DNA of 64,000 nt, taken from assembly GCA_036172245.1 (NCBI GenBank), contig JAYWIR010000020.1:1426001-1490000 (forward strand), given 5' to 3'. Positions within the stretch are counted from its first letter, which is position 1. Each line of letters starts with the position of its first letter. Shown piece by piece: positions 37,800 through 49,934 of the stretch. The notes under the pieces are model-generated. The model ran no database searches and had not been told where the DNA came from. It saw nothing but the letters and a program-made list of their open reading frames with translations. This DNA comes from Raillietiella orientalis (lineage: Eukaryota). Made by a program: the position numbers and the translations under genes.

Positions 37800-38650
37800 T
37801 CGTCTTCCTCAGCTTCCGACCTTCCTGCGTGGTTTTCTTTTTTTGGTTTGCTAAGTACCTCAAGAGCCGTCGTGCGCCTGGTGGCTCACGCAGCTCTTTG
37901 ACGCTGTTCCACACCACCCGCTGGTGCGTGCGATTCTTCAAGATAGGGAATACCCCGGGAGGGGCACCACCCTATGAATCCAGGAAGGGGCTCGGATCCC
38001 TTCCTCTCAAGCCAGGAGAGGGATCCTTGAGGGGAGATCACCTCCGGCCTGGTTGTCTACGAAGGGAACCTCCTTCCTTATTCTCTCCGGAGGGACACCC
38101 GGAGGGGTCGCCTCCATTTTTCCTTCTCCGAAGGGAGACCTGAAAGGATCCGCTAGTAGGAATTTCTTCTCCCGAGGGAACTCGCAAGGGAACCGCTCCT
38201 GTTTGCTCCTCTGAAGAGAACCCCAAAGGGACGCTTCTGAATTTTCTCCGAAGGGAGCTCTCCGTAGGGAGCGGCAAGCTTCTTTGCACTCTGGAGAGGT
38301 AACTCTGGACGCACCTACTTCATGGTACGAGATGGAGGGCCTCCCTTAAAGGAAGAGATCTGCTCCTTTGCACAACGGAGGGGAGCTCCCAATCCTTGAT
38401 TCCTGGAAGGATCCGGAGGTCGAGTCCCAACTCCCATTGTCCCAACCACTCATCGGGGCATCCTATCAGTTTTCACCGCTACCAGTGCCTCACCCAAATG
38501 AATGTAGGGCAAATAGAGTCATCTTGCAGGAGGAGCTCGAACCAACGACGCTCGCCCACCTCTCGGAGTTGATTCTTGCCGAGTATTCGAACCCGCGACG
38601 CCTGGTGCCACGCGCGGAGACCGTAACCACACGCCCTCCGAGGTGGGCGT
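37800..38650 (-). mobile_element. SINE-like family A, near full-length copy 5
   Basis: Minus strand: GTGGTTACGG...CGTCGCGGGTTCGAAT, second CGTCGTTGGTTCGAGCTCC 50 nt later, core, 5-6 subrepeats, A-rich tail. Confidence 0.78.
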
Positions 38651-39039
38651 CCTTGGTTCTTTTTTTCGTACGTCGACTCTTCAATTTTTCACGCCGCGTA
38701 TTTGATCTTCCCATCAGTTCCAACTTTCTATGAATAGAACTTTCTCAGCAATTGGTGAATTCTGTTTTCGCGATTTCGAACTTTTAGGATTGGCGTTCCA
38801 GGATCAGGAACCGAACCCCGAGTCTTGGTACGGAACGGAGAGTGAGGGAAGACCAGTGAATAGGCAAATAAATTAAGGGAGAGAGAAAGAAGAAATTGGG
38901 GTGCAGTCATTGGTGACTGGCTGTATGTCCCGCAAGAAAAACAGCTTTTAGGTGACCTCGGGCGACCGTACCCCGCTTGGCCGGCACGAAAGGGTTCCTG
39001 GTGAAGAAACCTCTCCGATTCTCGCAGTCATCATTGCTT

Positions 39040-39700
39040 GCAGGCTGCAGGATATGGTAGGAGGATGCTGAAGGCAAGTCCGCAAGATCGAGGCATCCTT
39101 GGCGGCAATCTACTGGGGTCCAGATGGTCAGATGCTCTGGAAATACGTCTCCAGTCGCTCTTCAGCCCTGCGCTTTCTGGGAGCGCAGTGTGGACACCTA
39201 AAAGTGCTGGACTGCCACGCCATGCCGAGGTCAGACGCCACCCCTCCCCGCGGGAGGTGACTCGATGTACTGTGAAGATTGCAGTTTGCTGGCTGAGAAA
39301 AGGAAGCGAGGAAGCTCCAGTCCGGAATCCGGGATCTCCAGTTCTTGGAGGATTCTGAGGCAGTACAGGTCCACTTTCGCGGGCTCCGGCCGTTGCCTTT
39401 GAGAACGGCTTCGTTTGCCAGACGCGCACTACTCTTCACTGCGAGGTGGCAGCGCCACCTTTAGCAGAATCCGTCTCTGCCTGTGGATGCGGAAGCGGAA
39501 AGGGAAGATCACGACACCCGGAATGCTCCGTCAAGGTGCCCTCGTCGTGCAGGCTCGCATCGCCGAGGAGGACGCTTTTCAGGAGAGGAGAGGAACGGGC
39601 TCTTGAACTGCCCGTATCCGACTCGACCTCTCCAGGCGAACGTGCGGCGGTGGCCGGGCAACCACTAATGTTCCGCCTCCAGCATCACAACCTGGCATGA
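39040..39700 (+). mobile_element. Decayed Ty3/Gypsy pol remnant (RNase H-integrase)
   Basis: AGYGRRML (ayaSr.L), IEASLAAIYWG..LWKYVSSR (E.LAi.wa..f..Yl.gr), VTRCTVKI...KGSE (Rw.l.l...kG.eN), DAHYSSLRGGSATFSRIRLCLW (H..GH.G...t..ri...ww), PYPTRPLQ (p.rPwq) in canonical order. Confidence 0.5.
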
Positions 39701-40739
39701 AGAAAGGCCCGATTAGCCGGCCAGCACCCACGGCTGCGTGGGATAAGTCGAGTCTCTCCCTGTCTCTCCTATTCTCTCTCTGCACTACGGAATGCGCGCG
39801 CAGAGAGACCGCACTACACGGTTCCCTGTTCTTGCCGGCAGGCGCTGTCTCCGAATGGACGCCTGCGTTCTCGCCCGTTCAGAGGAGAGTAAGGACGCCC
39901 ACTCTAAAGGAAGAGAAGAAAGAAATCCTCTGAAGCGGAAGTAAGCATCTAAGTGTCAGCGCCGCCTGAGGGGAAAAAAACTTTTTGATCTCTCTTTTCC
40001 AATCGAGCAGTCCCACTTCGAAACGAGGTGCGGTTGGGTTTTGGAAACGTGCTGAGGACAGATTAGTTTGTTGAATATGCACCCGAATGCTGCGCACATT
40101 AGTTCTTAGGCACCGAACACTTCACCCGTGGATCTCTTGTCGCCCCTTAAACTGAAAGGCTTGAAGGCAAGATGCTCTGGAGTCCTAGGTCACCTCTTTG
40201 TAAGTGCGCCCAGAGGAACTGAGATCGCTGCAGAATCTCCTAAGCAAACCTCTAGGAGATCTGCAAGATTGGAGGCAGTGGTCCTGCATAGTTATCATAC
40301 CCCTTGCCGCAGCACTGTTTGCTCTCAGGGCAAGTGTTAGCAACCAAGAGGCAAGGTGAGAGTTCTGCAACATTGCAGGCGTTCTCCTGAACGGCTACAA
40401 GACGAGCGAGTTGGTGGACGCTGCCACCCTTCGTTTACGGGTGAACTTTGGGTGGAGTGACCTGCTTGGTTTAACACTCGGACACACCGGGGAGTTTATT
40501 ATAAAAAATAAACATGGGCTTGGGAAGACTCGAAACGAGAGAGGGAAGATCACGTGCTCCTGATTGCATATACGTGGCTTACCTGAACGGAATTGGAAGG
40601 AACCCTGGTGAACTTGCAGGAGAGGAAGGAGAAGGGAGGAGAAGGAAAGGGGGAATACAAACCTTCAAGGTCCATTCCAGAACGCACTCTTCGTCTCCCA
40701 AACCCCCCTTTTGAAAAAAGGGGATGAGGGGAATCCTTT

Positions 40740-41445
40740 TCTGTCTTCGCAGTTCTTCGACACGGTTCCACACCACCCGAGGGTGGGTAGTCTCCAAGAT
40801 ATGGGGTACCCCGGGAGAGGTCCTCCCTATGAATCCAGGAAGGACTCGGGAGTCCGTTCCTTTCACTCGGAAATGGGGATCACCTCCAGCCTGGTTGTCT
40901 CGAAGAGAAACGGAGGGAACCTCCTTCCTTATTCTCTCTGAAGAGACCCTTGGAGGGTCGGCTCCATTTTTTCTCCTCCGGAGGGATCCCCCGCAAGAGA
41001 TCCGCTCCTGTTTTTACTCCTCTGAAGAGAACCCAGAAGGGACGCTTCCTAAATTCAGAAGGACGCAGCTTCCCCGAAGGGATCGGCTCGATTCTCTGCA
41101 CTCTCTGGAGAGGTGGTGGCGACACACCTACTCCATCAGTACGACGCGGAAGGTCTTCTCAGAATGGGGGATCCGCTCCTTCTCAACCGGAGGGGAGTTC
41201 CCACTCCGTGATTCCTGGAAGAACCTGGAGGTCGACTCCCATTTGTCCCGGCCCTCATTGGGGGAGGACATCCGGTTTTAACCGCTACCAGTGCCTCACC
41301 CGGATGAATTTAGGCCAGCCAGCGTCATCTTGTGGGGTGAACTCAGAACCCACGACGCACTGCGTCGATTCCTTCGGAGTATTCGAACCCACGACGCATG
41401 GCGCCACGCGCGGAGACCACCGTAACCACACGGCCTCCGACGCGG
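40740..41445 (-). mobile_element. SINE-like family A, copy 6
   Basis: Closely matches copy 5 (TATGAATCCAGGAAGG, TGATTCCTGGAA, ACCGCTACCAGTGCCTCACCC, CCACGCGCGGAGACC); GAACCCACGACGCA occurs twice (41346, 41385). Confidence 0.78.
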
Positions 41446-44422
41446 ACGTACATTCAAAAGGGGTACATCGGAGCTGTCATTAGAGAATCTCAGAGCACCT
41501 AAACACCTTCTGCGACCCTCCAGTGGCAACTAGAGTGTATCCGCTCTTTGCTTCTTTTTTCGTATTTTCATGGACACGGCGCGTCAAAAAACTGCAGCTG
41601 GCTCAGCTGTCCGCTCCTTCCTCTCTCGTCACAGGAGGCAACCAAGACTGAAGTTCGATCAGTAGGGAGGTGATGCCCCTGGGGCAAATGGAAGGAAGAG
41701 GAAGGGGGGCGCGAGCTGTGTGCAGCAGGCTTCCAATCCTAACGAGAAACGCAACAAGGGACATCTCCAGCATCCAAAGTTTCCGACGCGACTAACCTAA
41801 TCCTCTGCTCGCAATCTCGTGGCAGATGGATGCTGCCGTTCCGGCAGATGCATCTCGAACAGGTCTGCAAACAAACGGCGAACCCGGAACACTCGGAATC
41901 ACAGAAGCGTTCTCTCGGGAGGTAAGGAGTCTCTTCGACGGCTCGATCACAAGGTGCGAGAAGATGGACCCGCAGCTTTCTGTCCATTGACATCCTTAAA
42001 GCTTTTTTTTTTTGCTCTCATTCTACAAGGTAGCGACATCTTATTCATCTCTTACGTTATAAAAAATGAAATTCTGGGATACTTTCAAGAGAATTTCTCC
42101 GCGGAGTCAGTGTCATCTCTTAGAACTCTTTTTTTCATTTCACCTTTTTGCAGCCTCCACGGCTTCCGTAGAATCGAGAACTGCGAAAAGAGCCCACCGG
42201 TGATCTCTGGAACTTCTTCAGGAAGAGGGACAAACACCACTTTGCCTTCAGCGCCTTGTCGGCATGGCCGGTTCTTCAGAAAGAATCTCTCGAGCTGAAG
42301 GCAGCACAAAATGCCACATAGGGTCTCTCTATTTTTCGAGAGAAGCACATTTCAGAGGATTTGCCAGCTTGGAGAAAACTTTTAAGATCTTACAGAATTA
42401 TTGATCTCCAGGTTGCTTCGTTGACCACCGTTCGAGAAACGGATCGAATGCTCAGCTGCGAAAAAAACGGCATCATTTCTGCATTGGCAAAATCCAGCGA
42501 AGACCGGAACATCTCGTATGGAGGAGCCCTACGCCCTCACGCGCAGACATCTGGTTCCCGGAGCAGTTGCCTCTGCGAACTGTTCCAGGTGCGGGGCGAT
42601 GGAATCGCTCCCTCACCTTTTATTGGACTGCGGTGCCCTGAAGGACATGTGGCGGAGACTGCCTTCGGCGCTCCGTTAACCGCTGGACAAACTTGCTGTG
42701 ACACTTCTTCCAGAGGCGGGTTGAAAAAGAGCTCCATGATTTCACACCCGGGTGCGCCAAGGCGTTATTCTCTTAGAGGAATCGATGGAGCCGATGGCCC
42801 ACCAATTCCAAGTGTTACACTAGAAGGAAGGGGGGGGGGTGGAGAGGTCCATCACGTCCAAGATGGGGAAAGGGAATGAAACAAACATAGAAAATAAAAA
42901 CAAACTATAACAAGGAACAAAAAAAAAAACAACATAAACAAAAACAAATAATTGCGGGGAAGGGAAGGAATCACGTTTCATGATGGGTGAGACCTCTGCT
43001 CCGTTGAAGGATGCCGGCGACTGCTCCTTTTCCCTTTCCAGATGGGGCCATTTAAAAGCCATTTTCAGGAAGCGGATGGCATGCAGGACAGCCCCTCCGT
43101 CTCTTCGGCCTCCCTTGGCGCCGCACTTCGCCGCGACGACACCGCGCACGCAGCACAGCGCTGCTATTGCGGCTGCGGGCGTCATGGCTTCCCGCACGAA
43201 GAGGGGCCTCGAAGAGTCTCTGGGATCGTCCCCGGGGTGAGAAAGGAGCGCAGAAAAACGTTCCCACAATTCCCGGAGCGTGACACACTGCACTATGAGG
43301 TGGGGAAAATTTTCCTTCTCTCTACATCTGGCACAGTTCGGCGATGCGCTTCCCCTCGTCTCGTTCAGTGATGCCGGCGCTCATTGCATGGGAGACCTCT
43401 GCAGTATCAGCAGCGCCGATTGCTGCCACTGGAGGGGAAGCAGCTTCCTGTCCATAAATACCGGGAGCACTTTTAACTTTTCAAGCTGAATGGAGAAGAG
43501 TTCGCTCCAACGTTCCAGTCCTTTGGAGACAGTTCTAGCTGTTGCTGTGCCAGCCAGCTGTCGCGTAGTCCAGCCACCGATAGGCTTCCTGAGGGCCGAG
43601 ATCTCGCAGGAAACCCCCCATTTCGCCAATAGGCAGGTGCCATGTAGGTCAATAGCGGAGAATACCGCTGCGGCGAAGGGGTGGCTGGTGGGGACGCCAA
43701 CATAGTCGACTCACTACCCACCTACCCACGTCTCCAGTGTTCTTCCGCTGTTCTTCTGAAACTCTCGGCAGCGGGCAGCTTCCGACGGGGTCCAGGTGAA
43801 CTGGACCCACGTCTTCACCTTTTCCTGCCTCCAGGGCGGCGTGTTCGCAGGGCGGCAGCAAATCCACGTGTTAGGTCTCATCAGAGCAGCGACACACCGG
43901 AGAGGGAAGCCACAGGATGAGAGCCAGCGGTGGTGACACGCAAATAGGGTTGCGAGTCCTTCACCACCGATCGCCAGCCGGAAGAGCAAATGTGGAGGGA
44001 CGCATCAATGGATGGCCCAGTTCTGTGCCACGAAGGCCAGTCTTCGAAAGTTCAGTTGAACTTCCATGCGCTCCAGAGTCAGGAGTCCAAGTTCTCCGTC
44101 GCGACGAGGAGCACACAAGCCTTTTAATCGGACTCAGGACCTCCCCCAGAGGGCTTTTCGAAGGAGGGTCTTCGTCCGTTTCACCATGCCGGGTGGGACA
44201 GGGAAAGCACAAAGCATGGGTCGGAGGACAGTGGCCACAAAGGTGTTCCAAATGACGGCCCGTTCCGGCAAGTTAGTTGCCTTCATCGAACGGGCCGAGC
44301 GCCGACTCTGCCTTCTGGAGGCAGCCGGACCACGCTTCTGTAGGGAAAACGTCCCCCAACGGCACGCCGAGGTACTTGAAGAACCGAACCGTGGGGATTT
44401 CCTAACGACCCAGTCCAACTGC

Positions 44423-44923
44423 TCAGCCCACATCGCACCGACCGGACACACGCTTGGCTTCTTTCTGTTCACTTCCATGCCCGTTCCCCTGCTTAGTATC
44501 TCGGAGGATTCCTCGAGTCCGTCTGCTGCTGGTCCCCATGTCTATGGGGACCAACAGCAAGAGGTCATCTACATAGGCCGACACAGCCGGCATACTGGGG
44601 CACGAGCTCGGCACGGAAGCCAAAGTATCCCTGTACGCCCTCAGCACCAACTCGAAGTAGGTGCTGAAGAGTAAGGGGCTCAAGCTGTCCCCTTGCCTCA
44701 CGCTGAGCCGCACCGGAATGCCGTACACATGCCTGCCGCTAAAAAAAATGTTCACCATCGCGGAGCGCCAGCTGGAGCGCAGATAGGCCAGGAAGACGGT
44801 AGGGAATCCTAAGCGTTCCAGAAACTTACTTACTTTAGCTAACCGAAACGCCAGCACCCGCCCGGCGCGCTGTCTGGAGAGGAAGGGGAGTCTGAACCAC
44901 ATCCCCTTCCTCCCACCCTTCAT
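44423..44923 (-). pseudogene. Non-LTR reverse transcriptase core fragment
   Basis: ORF contains FLERLGFP, VRQGDSLSPLLF and catalytic YVDD; frameshifts soon after. Confidence 0.9.
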
Positions 44924-45347
44924 TTTGCGCAGGGGTTCGCAGGGCGGCGCAAGAGGATTCCCGCGAACCTTCCTGCATCCTTTCTAGTTCGGAGGCTTCC
45001 TACTGCTCGACTTTGGTCTTCCTCAATGTCGAGTGGCCAGCCTCGGGCTCGGAGCGATAGCTCACGGTATCAGCTTGGATTCCGACGACTCCTGGCGAGG
45101 TCCTTCTACGGGTCTCCAGATTCCCCTCCGGCCGACCTTGCAGCCGCGCGCGTTGTTACGCCTCCGACGGTTGGCAGCTTCGCAATCTCAGCGTTTGCCG
45201 TGGCGCCATTAGGTGCAGCCGCGTCGAGGCTTCAAGGAGTGGCCGCCGTGTCAATCGCGCTTTCCGAGGTCAATGATCTCGACGACAACGACCTCCGCAA
45301 CCTGCCTAACAGCGCAATCGATAGCGTCTTTTGCGGCCTTCGGAGCT

Positions 45348-46423
45348 TTAGGCCGCGAAAGTCGCGGGATTTTTTCTTTGGTTTGTATGCCTTTTTGTTT
45401 TTTTTTCTTTTCGACGGGTCACCACTGTCCAGCCTTCTTCCTCCTGTGCTGCCTCGGTGTCGTTGGGACTTACCTTGGTTGCATTGGGGGGAGGACCCTC
45501 TTTGCTGGCATTCCGCGCCTGTTTTCCTCCTTCTGGGGAAATTGCGCGCGATCTTTTTTCTTTATTCTCATTTTTATTTTTATTTTGCTTTTTTTTTTCC
45601 GTTCCGGTGCGCTCTTGTAAGGTCTGCCGGGTCTTAGCGGGCAGAAGAACTTCATGTACCCGCTCTTCCCGCATCTGTAGCATATAATGTCGAGGCACCT
45701 TCTCTTCAGGTGACACGACTTGCCATCCTTGGTTTCCCCGCGTACCAGAGGTCGACGGGTTCACCGCTGACCTCCAGTCTGTGGGGAAGCTCTTCTCCTT
45801 CCCAGACAGCCACTCACGCTCCGGCTAGTCCACTGATCATCCCCTCGAAGTCGAGGAAGACTCTGAGCTTTGACCACAGTGCATGGACCGTCCCGTGCTG
45901 TTTGCAGTGAGCGTGCGACCGCTTCTTTGGTCATTCTCACCATAATTCCGGTAAAGTGCACGACCTTGGAGAGGTCCTCCGTCACTGGGAAGATCTCGCT
46001 TCTTCCGATTGTGATCGTTGTGTCCATCAGTCTTTGGGCAAGACTCGCCTCCTTGCAAGCCACCTCGACTGTCTGCCCACCGCTCAGAATGGAGAGGACG
46101 ACGTGCAGCTTGTGCAGCTCCTCCAAGAAGGAGCGCATTACTGACGGATTCCACAATCGACCTACCTTGTACCTCAGGCACGGGTTGTAGCCCGAGGAGA
46201 GGTAGGCCTTAGCCTCTGCCGCGGTCGCTGGCGAAGGTGCCGCAGACACAGCGCTCCACAACGTCCTCCTGGGAGACGCCGATTCTTCTGCGGAAGAGAC
46301 GGGGGTCCCCTCCGGCTCTCTGGGTGCTAGGACTTCCTCCCCTGTTCCCTGGACTTCACTGGCAGGGCCCCTTGGCATTCCAGCCGTCGGGCCACCGCCA
46401 AACACAACCACACGCCAAACCAC
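45348..46423 (-). pseudogene. LINE ORF1 (gag-like) pseudogene
   Basis: 220-aa ORF with RRM-like pattern, followed after frameshifts by a CX2CX4[Y for H]X4C knuckle; lies upstream of the RT on the same strand. Confidence 0.7.
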
Positions 46424-49245
46424 TCACCAAACTCGCGGAGCGCGCCAATGCACGTCCCACCCACACGGCGCTGTGATCGCTACAGTCGGTTGCATCCGTG
46501 CCATGGTGACAATTCGCCACGTGTTAGAATCAAGTTCATGGCGAAGAGAGGCCACCAATGTGGCAGCAGCCCTCGTGAGGGCAGCAGCAAGGTGGCCTCT
46601 TCTGCCAGAGTAAGTCTCCAGGAAGATCGCCACCATCCACTGCCGCTTCTATAGAGAAAGGAATGTAAGGAGGATGGCAGCAGCAAGGATCTCAACCGAA
46701 GACCCCTGTTCCTACCCTCCCGTCGTTTTTTATCTATTGTCCGTTCTATTCGTTCCCTCCTTTTTGGAAGCCGGCCCGCGTGCTGGTAGTTATCCAGGCT
46801 GAACTTTTTTTTGGAATTTCTCGTTTTTGAGAGAGACTTTTTCTCCTCTCTTCCTTGTAATTTGTTTTTTCGAGATAAAGGTCACGGGGTTACTGAGAGA
46901 AAACCGAGCACTTCGAAAGAAGGGACTCCACGCTGAGTCACTTAGAAGGCTTCCATACGCAGATGAGTTCCTGTAGCTGTGACAGCGTTTTGAGAACCGC
47001 CACCACCCGGTCACCTTTTGCCCCTAAGGATTCTGTGCCCGGCGCGCTACCTCTGGGACCAGCGGATTCGCTCGACTCCGTCCGCTCGCCGTGTTCTCCT
47101 CGAAGAGCCCCCTCGAGGAGACAAGAGGAAACCCCGTCAACTGCTGGAGCCTCGGATTTGGCCCACCGGATAGACCATATCTTTCTCAGTGCACTCGCCA
47201 GTGAGCGCAGATGGGCGCTTGTGAGGCTGCGCTCTGCCCCAAGAGTGTCCGACACTTCGAAAGTCGAGGTGGGTTTCGTTCATCCTCGAGAGGGGAGTGG
47301 CGGCTCCCTTCTGGAAGAGTGGAAGCCACCGGAGCGTTGTCCAGGCCGTCTGGAAGCTGCGAACAAGCCCTGCGCCCTTGTAATCCACCATGAGACTAGA
47401 GTAGTTTCGAGGGTTCCAACCAAGCCACGCCACTGGAGTCTTCCTTAGCTTGACTCCGGTACTCAGGGGCGTTTCTTTGCAGGTCCGCACCCCCGGCGGC
47501 ACGAATGGATGCATGTAGGAAATTGGCTCAACACAAGGCGGAAACGGCAGCAAAGCTTGGCAAGCCGATCCTGTTGATGTTCTGGAACAAGAAGACTGAA
47601 AGTCTACAACTCCAGATGACGTACACCGCATCTTCTTTACGGCTCACTTCGCTCTTCGTACCATGGAAGCCGTTCTGTTTGCTCTCGAAAGAAGGGTCAT
47701 GCTCCCAGCAGCCGCTAGTGACGAGGCTACTCAGATAACCGAAAGAGATGAAAGTTGGCTTGGACGAGTTTGAACAAGTATCTGCCGATCTCTGAGATCC
47801 AAGATGAAATCGAGAAGTCCAGGAATCTCACCAGAAGCTAGGGGTGGACACGACAAGATGCCTCCTGAGCAGTTTCAAATCGTTGGATGATTCAGAAATG
47901 CTCCTCAAAGACCTCGAACATGACTTTTCTGATCTAGAACACAAGAGAAGTGATCATATGCTTTTGATCAGACCAGGGTGCACCTCCTCTTCTAGAAAGG
48001 TGAGCCGCGTAACCTACGCAACCGTCTCCCATCACCTTGGTGGATATGGCGTACATCCACTGTCGAGACTGTGGGCTGTGCTCCAGGAGAGGGCTACACA
48101 CCTTGAAGATTCCTTTCTTAGAGTCCGGCTGACCTTGGAAGAAGCATGCAAACAAACATTTTCCTTGAGAAGACTGGTGTGGTCCAGAGATTTCCAGAAA
48201 TGAAGGTTTTGCTTCATTCGTCCAGTGCGTATTCGTCGATAGTCACGGATCCACGGAGGACCATCGGCCTTCCTGCAGACCCCAGACGTCTTTTTTTAAA
48301 GGTTTTGCATGAAACTCATTCAGACGAATTCCGTCCATGGAACCAAGCAGATGCCTCTTCCAAAAGGGATTGGGACTCGAATAGCGCCATCACTGCACCT
48401 CAATCTCAGCTTCATGGTTTGCAAGTACTCTGCGAAAGAGGAAGAAAAGATGGAATGAGGAAAAGGAAGTATCCAACTTCAGGAGAAATGAACCTCACTC
48501 CACATCACATTAGAAAAATACTTCTCTTAGCTACTACTGCCATGTGACTGCCTTGACTGTGAAGAGACTTTTTTGCCTGAGCTTCCAGGTTGATAAAAGA
48601 GGAACTCCGAAGTGGAACAATCCAGGAGTTTCCTGAGCGGATGCAAGGGAGGAAAAAGTTCAAGTTTCCAAACAGCCAGAAGTCTTTCCCCTGTGCCTTC
48701 GAAAATGCACAGGGGAAAGATCAGCAGGAATGAGGAATTAATGGAATTAAGGAAGCGAAAAGCTGGTTTCCATGGGCGCCGTATTTTCTCTTTTTCTGGG
48801 AAGCTCTACCGAAGAATTTGCTGGCTTCCTTCCTTCAGCCCTCTCGGGAACTTTCTGAGCCACCATCTTAATGGATAGTCCTTGTCCTCCGCTGCCACCT
48901 CCTCCATTTGAAACCAGCACCCAAGTTCGGAAATTCAAGGAATTCACCTGAAAAAAACACAGAGACCAGCCAACGCTGATGAAATTCAACGGAAGTGGTT
49001 CAAAGAGCGACATCCAAATTCTCGGGATGGCGGGAAAGATGGAACTGGATAGAACCGATCCTCTGTTTGCTTTATGAGTTTGATGTTTTCCTTGTGGCTT
49101 CCTCCCATAGGCACTAGTGGAAAGAGAAGGAAATAGAAAAGTGAGTTCACTTTTCTATTTCTATCAATCCCCGTTGTAAAAAGATGTAAGAAAGAAACGA
49201 GAGAAGCTTCATTTCATACTGCAGATTTTTGGCTCTCCATTTTCT

Positions 49246-49660
49246 TCAGGAGCATGTCAGGGAAGGAAAGGCTGGCCACCTCTTGTTAGTTTCTCTTGAA
49301 AAAGTGCGTCGATTCCGAAGAGCACAAAAGCGAGGGTGGCGAAAGTGGTGGTACCTCCTAAAGCAGCAGCATTTTGCAAGAAAGAATGGAAATCTCGAGT
49401 GGAATTTCTGGTGTCGAAGGAAATCGGTCGCATCCTGTTTCCTCACAGCCTTCCATTTGTGCTACTTCCGCGACATCTTTCGCTAGTCTGCGTAACTCTT
49501 GCTATGAGACACGAGAGGGCTGTGCTGCGCCTCTGTTTGAACAGTCAGCTGTTCGTAGTTTTTGCAGCCGAAACAGATATTCTTCTCTCACATCAGAAGG
49601 GCCAAAGTCGACGATCGTCAACTAATTGATGCTTTGTAAAAGTTTCGATGAAGCTGCAGC
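49246..49660 (-). pseudogene. Possible MADF/Myb-SANT-like gene remnant (Harbinger second ORF)
   Basis: QLVDDRRLW / DVREEYLFRLQK / HKWKAVRKQ / KRWPAFPSL across frames resemble MADF lv..p.LwD...eY, kWk.lR, W.yf..l. Confidence 0.35.
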
Positions 49661-49934
49661 TTTGACGTAGCGAACCCGAAGCTTCACTTCATTGCTGATT
49701 TCACGTATGTGCCCCCCCCCTTCCTTCCCCACGCGAAATCTCTGCGTCGTCCCTGCTCCCTGTACCAAGATACTTAAATTCACGCTGGGCGCATCTCTGA
49801 GATACGTAGAACGAATTTGCGGGGTGATATCCAGCCAAAAAAATAGCAGCAGCCGAACACTCTGGAAGCTCACTCTCAGACCACGGGAAGTTTCCCGTGG
49901 GTGAGGGTGACGTGGGTTCCATTTTCATTCGTGG

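Larger units (their letters stand above)
42880..46430 (-). mobile_element. L1/Tx1-type non-LTR retrotransposon, internally deleted and inactive
   Basis: ORF1 with knuckle CYRCGKSGYMKFFC (~45680) and GWTVVTRRK; RT VRQGDSLSPLLF and AYVDDLLLL; C-terminal CARCREKENFPHLIVQC (~43335-43285); T-rich 3-prime UTR at 42880-42950. Confidence 0.85.

Noticed and set aside
38055..38280. CRISPR-like array
   Set aside because: Units are contiguous degenerate tandem repeats with no unique spacers, no cas genes, and the context is eukaryotic.
40938..40963. Hammerhead ribozyme core CTGAAGA + 6-bp stem in family A
   Set aside because: The stem is followed by GGCT rather than the required GAAA, stems I and III are not evident, and other copies do not keep the core.
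47480..49050. Decayed host gene
   Set aside because: Coding-like composition but stops in all frames and no family I can recognise.
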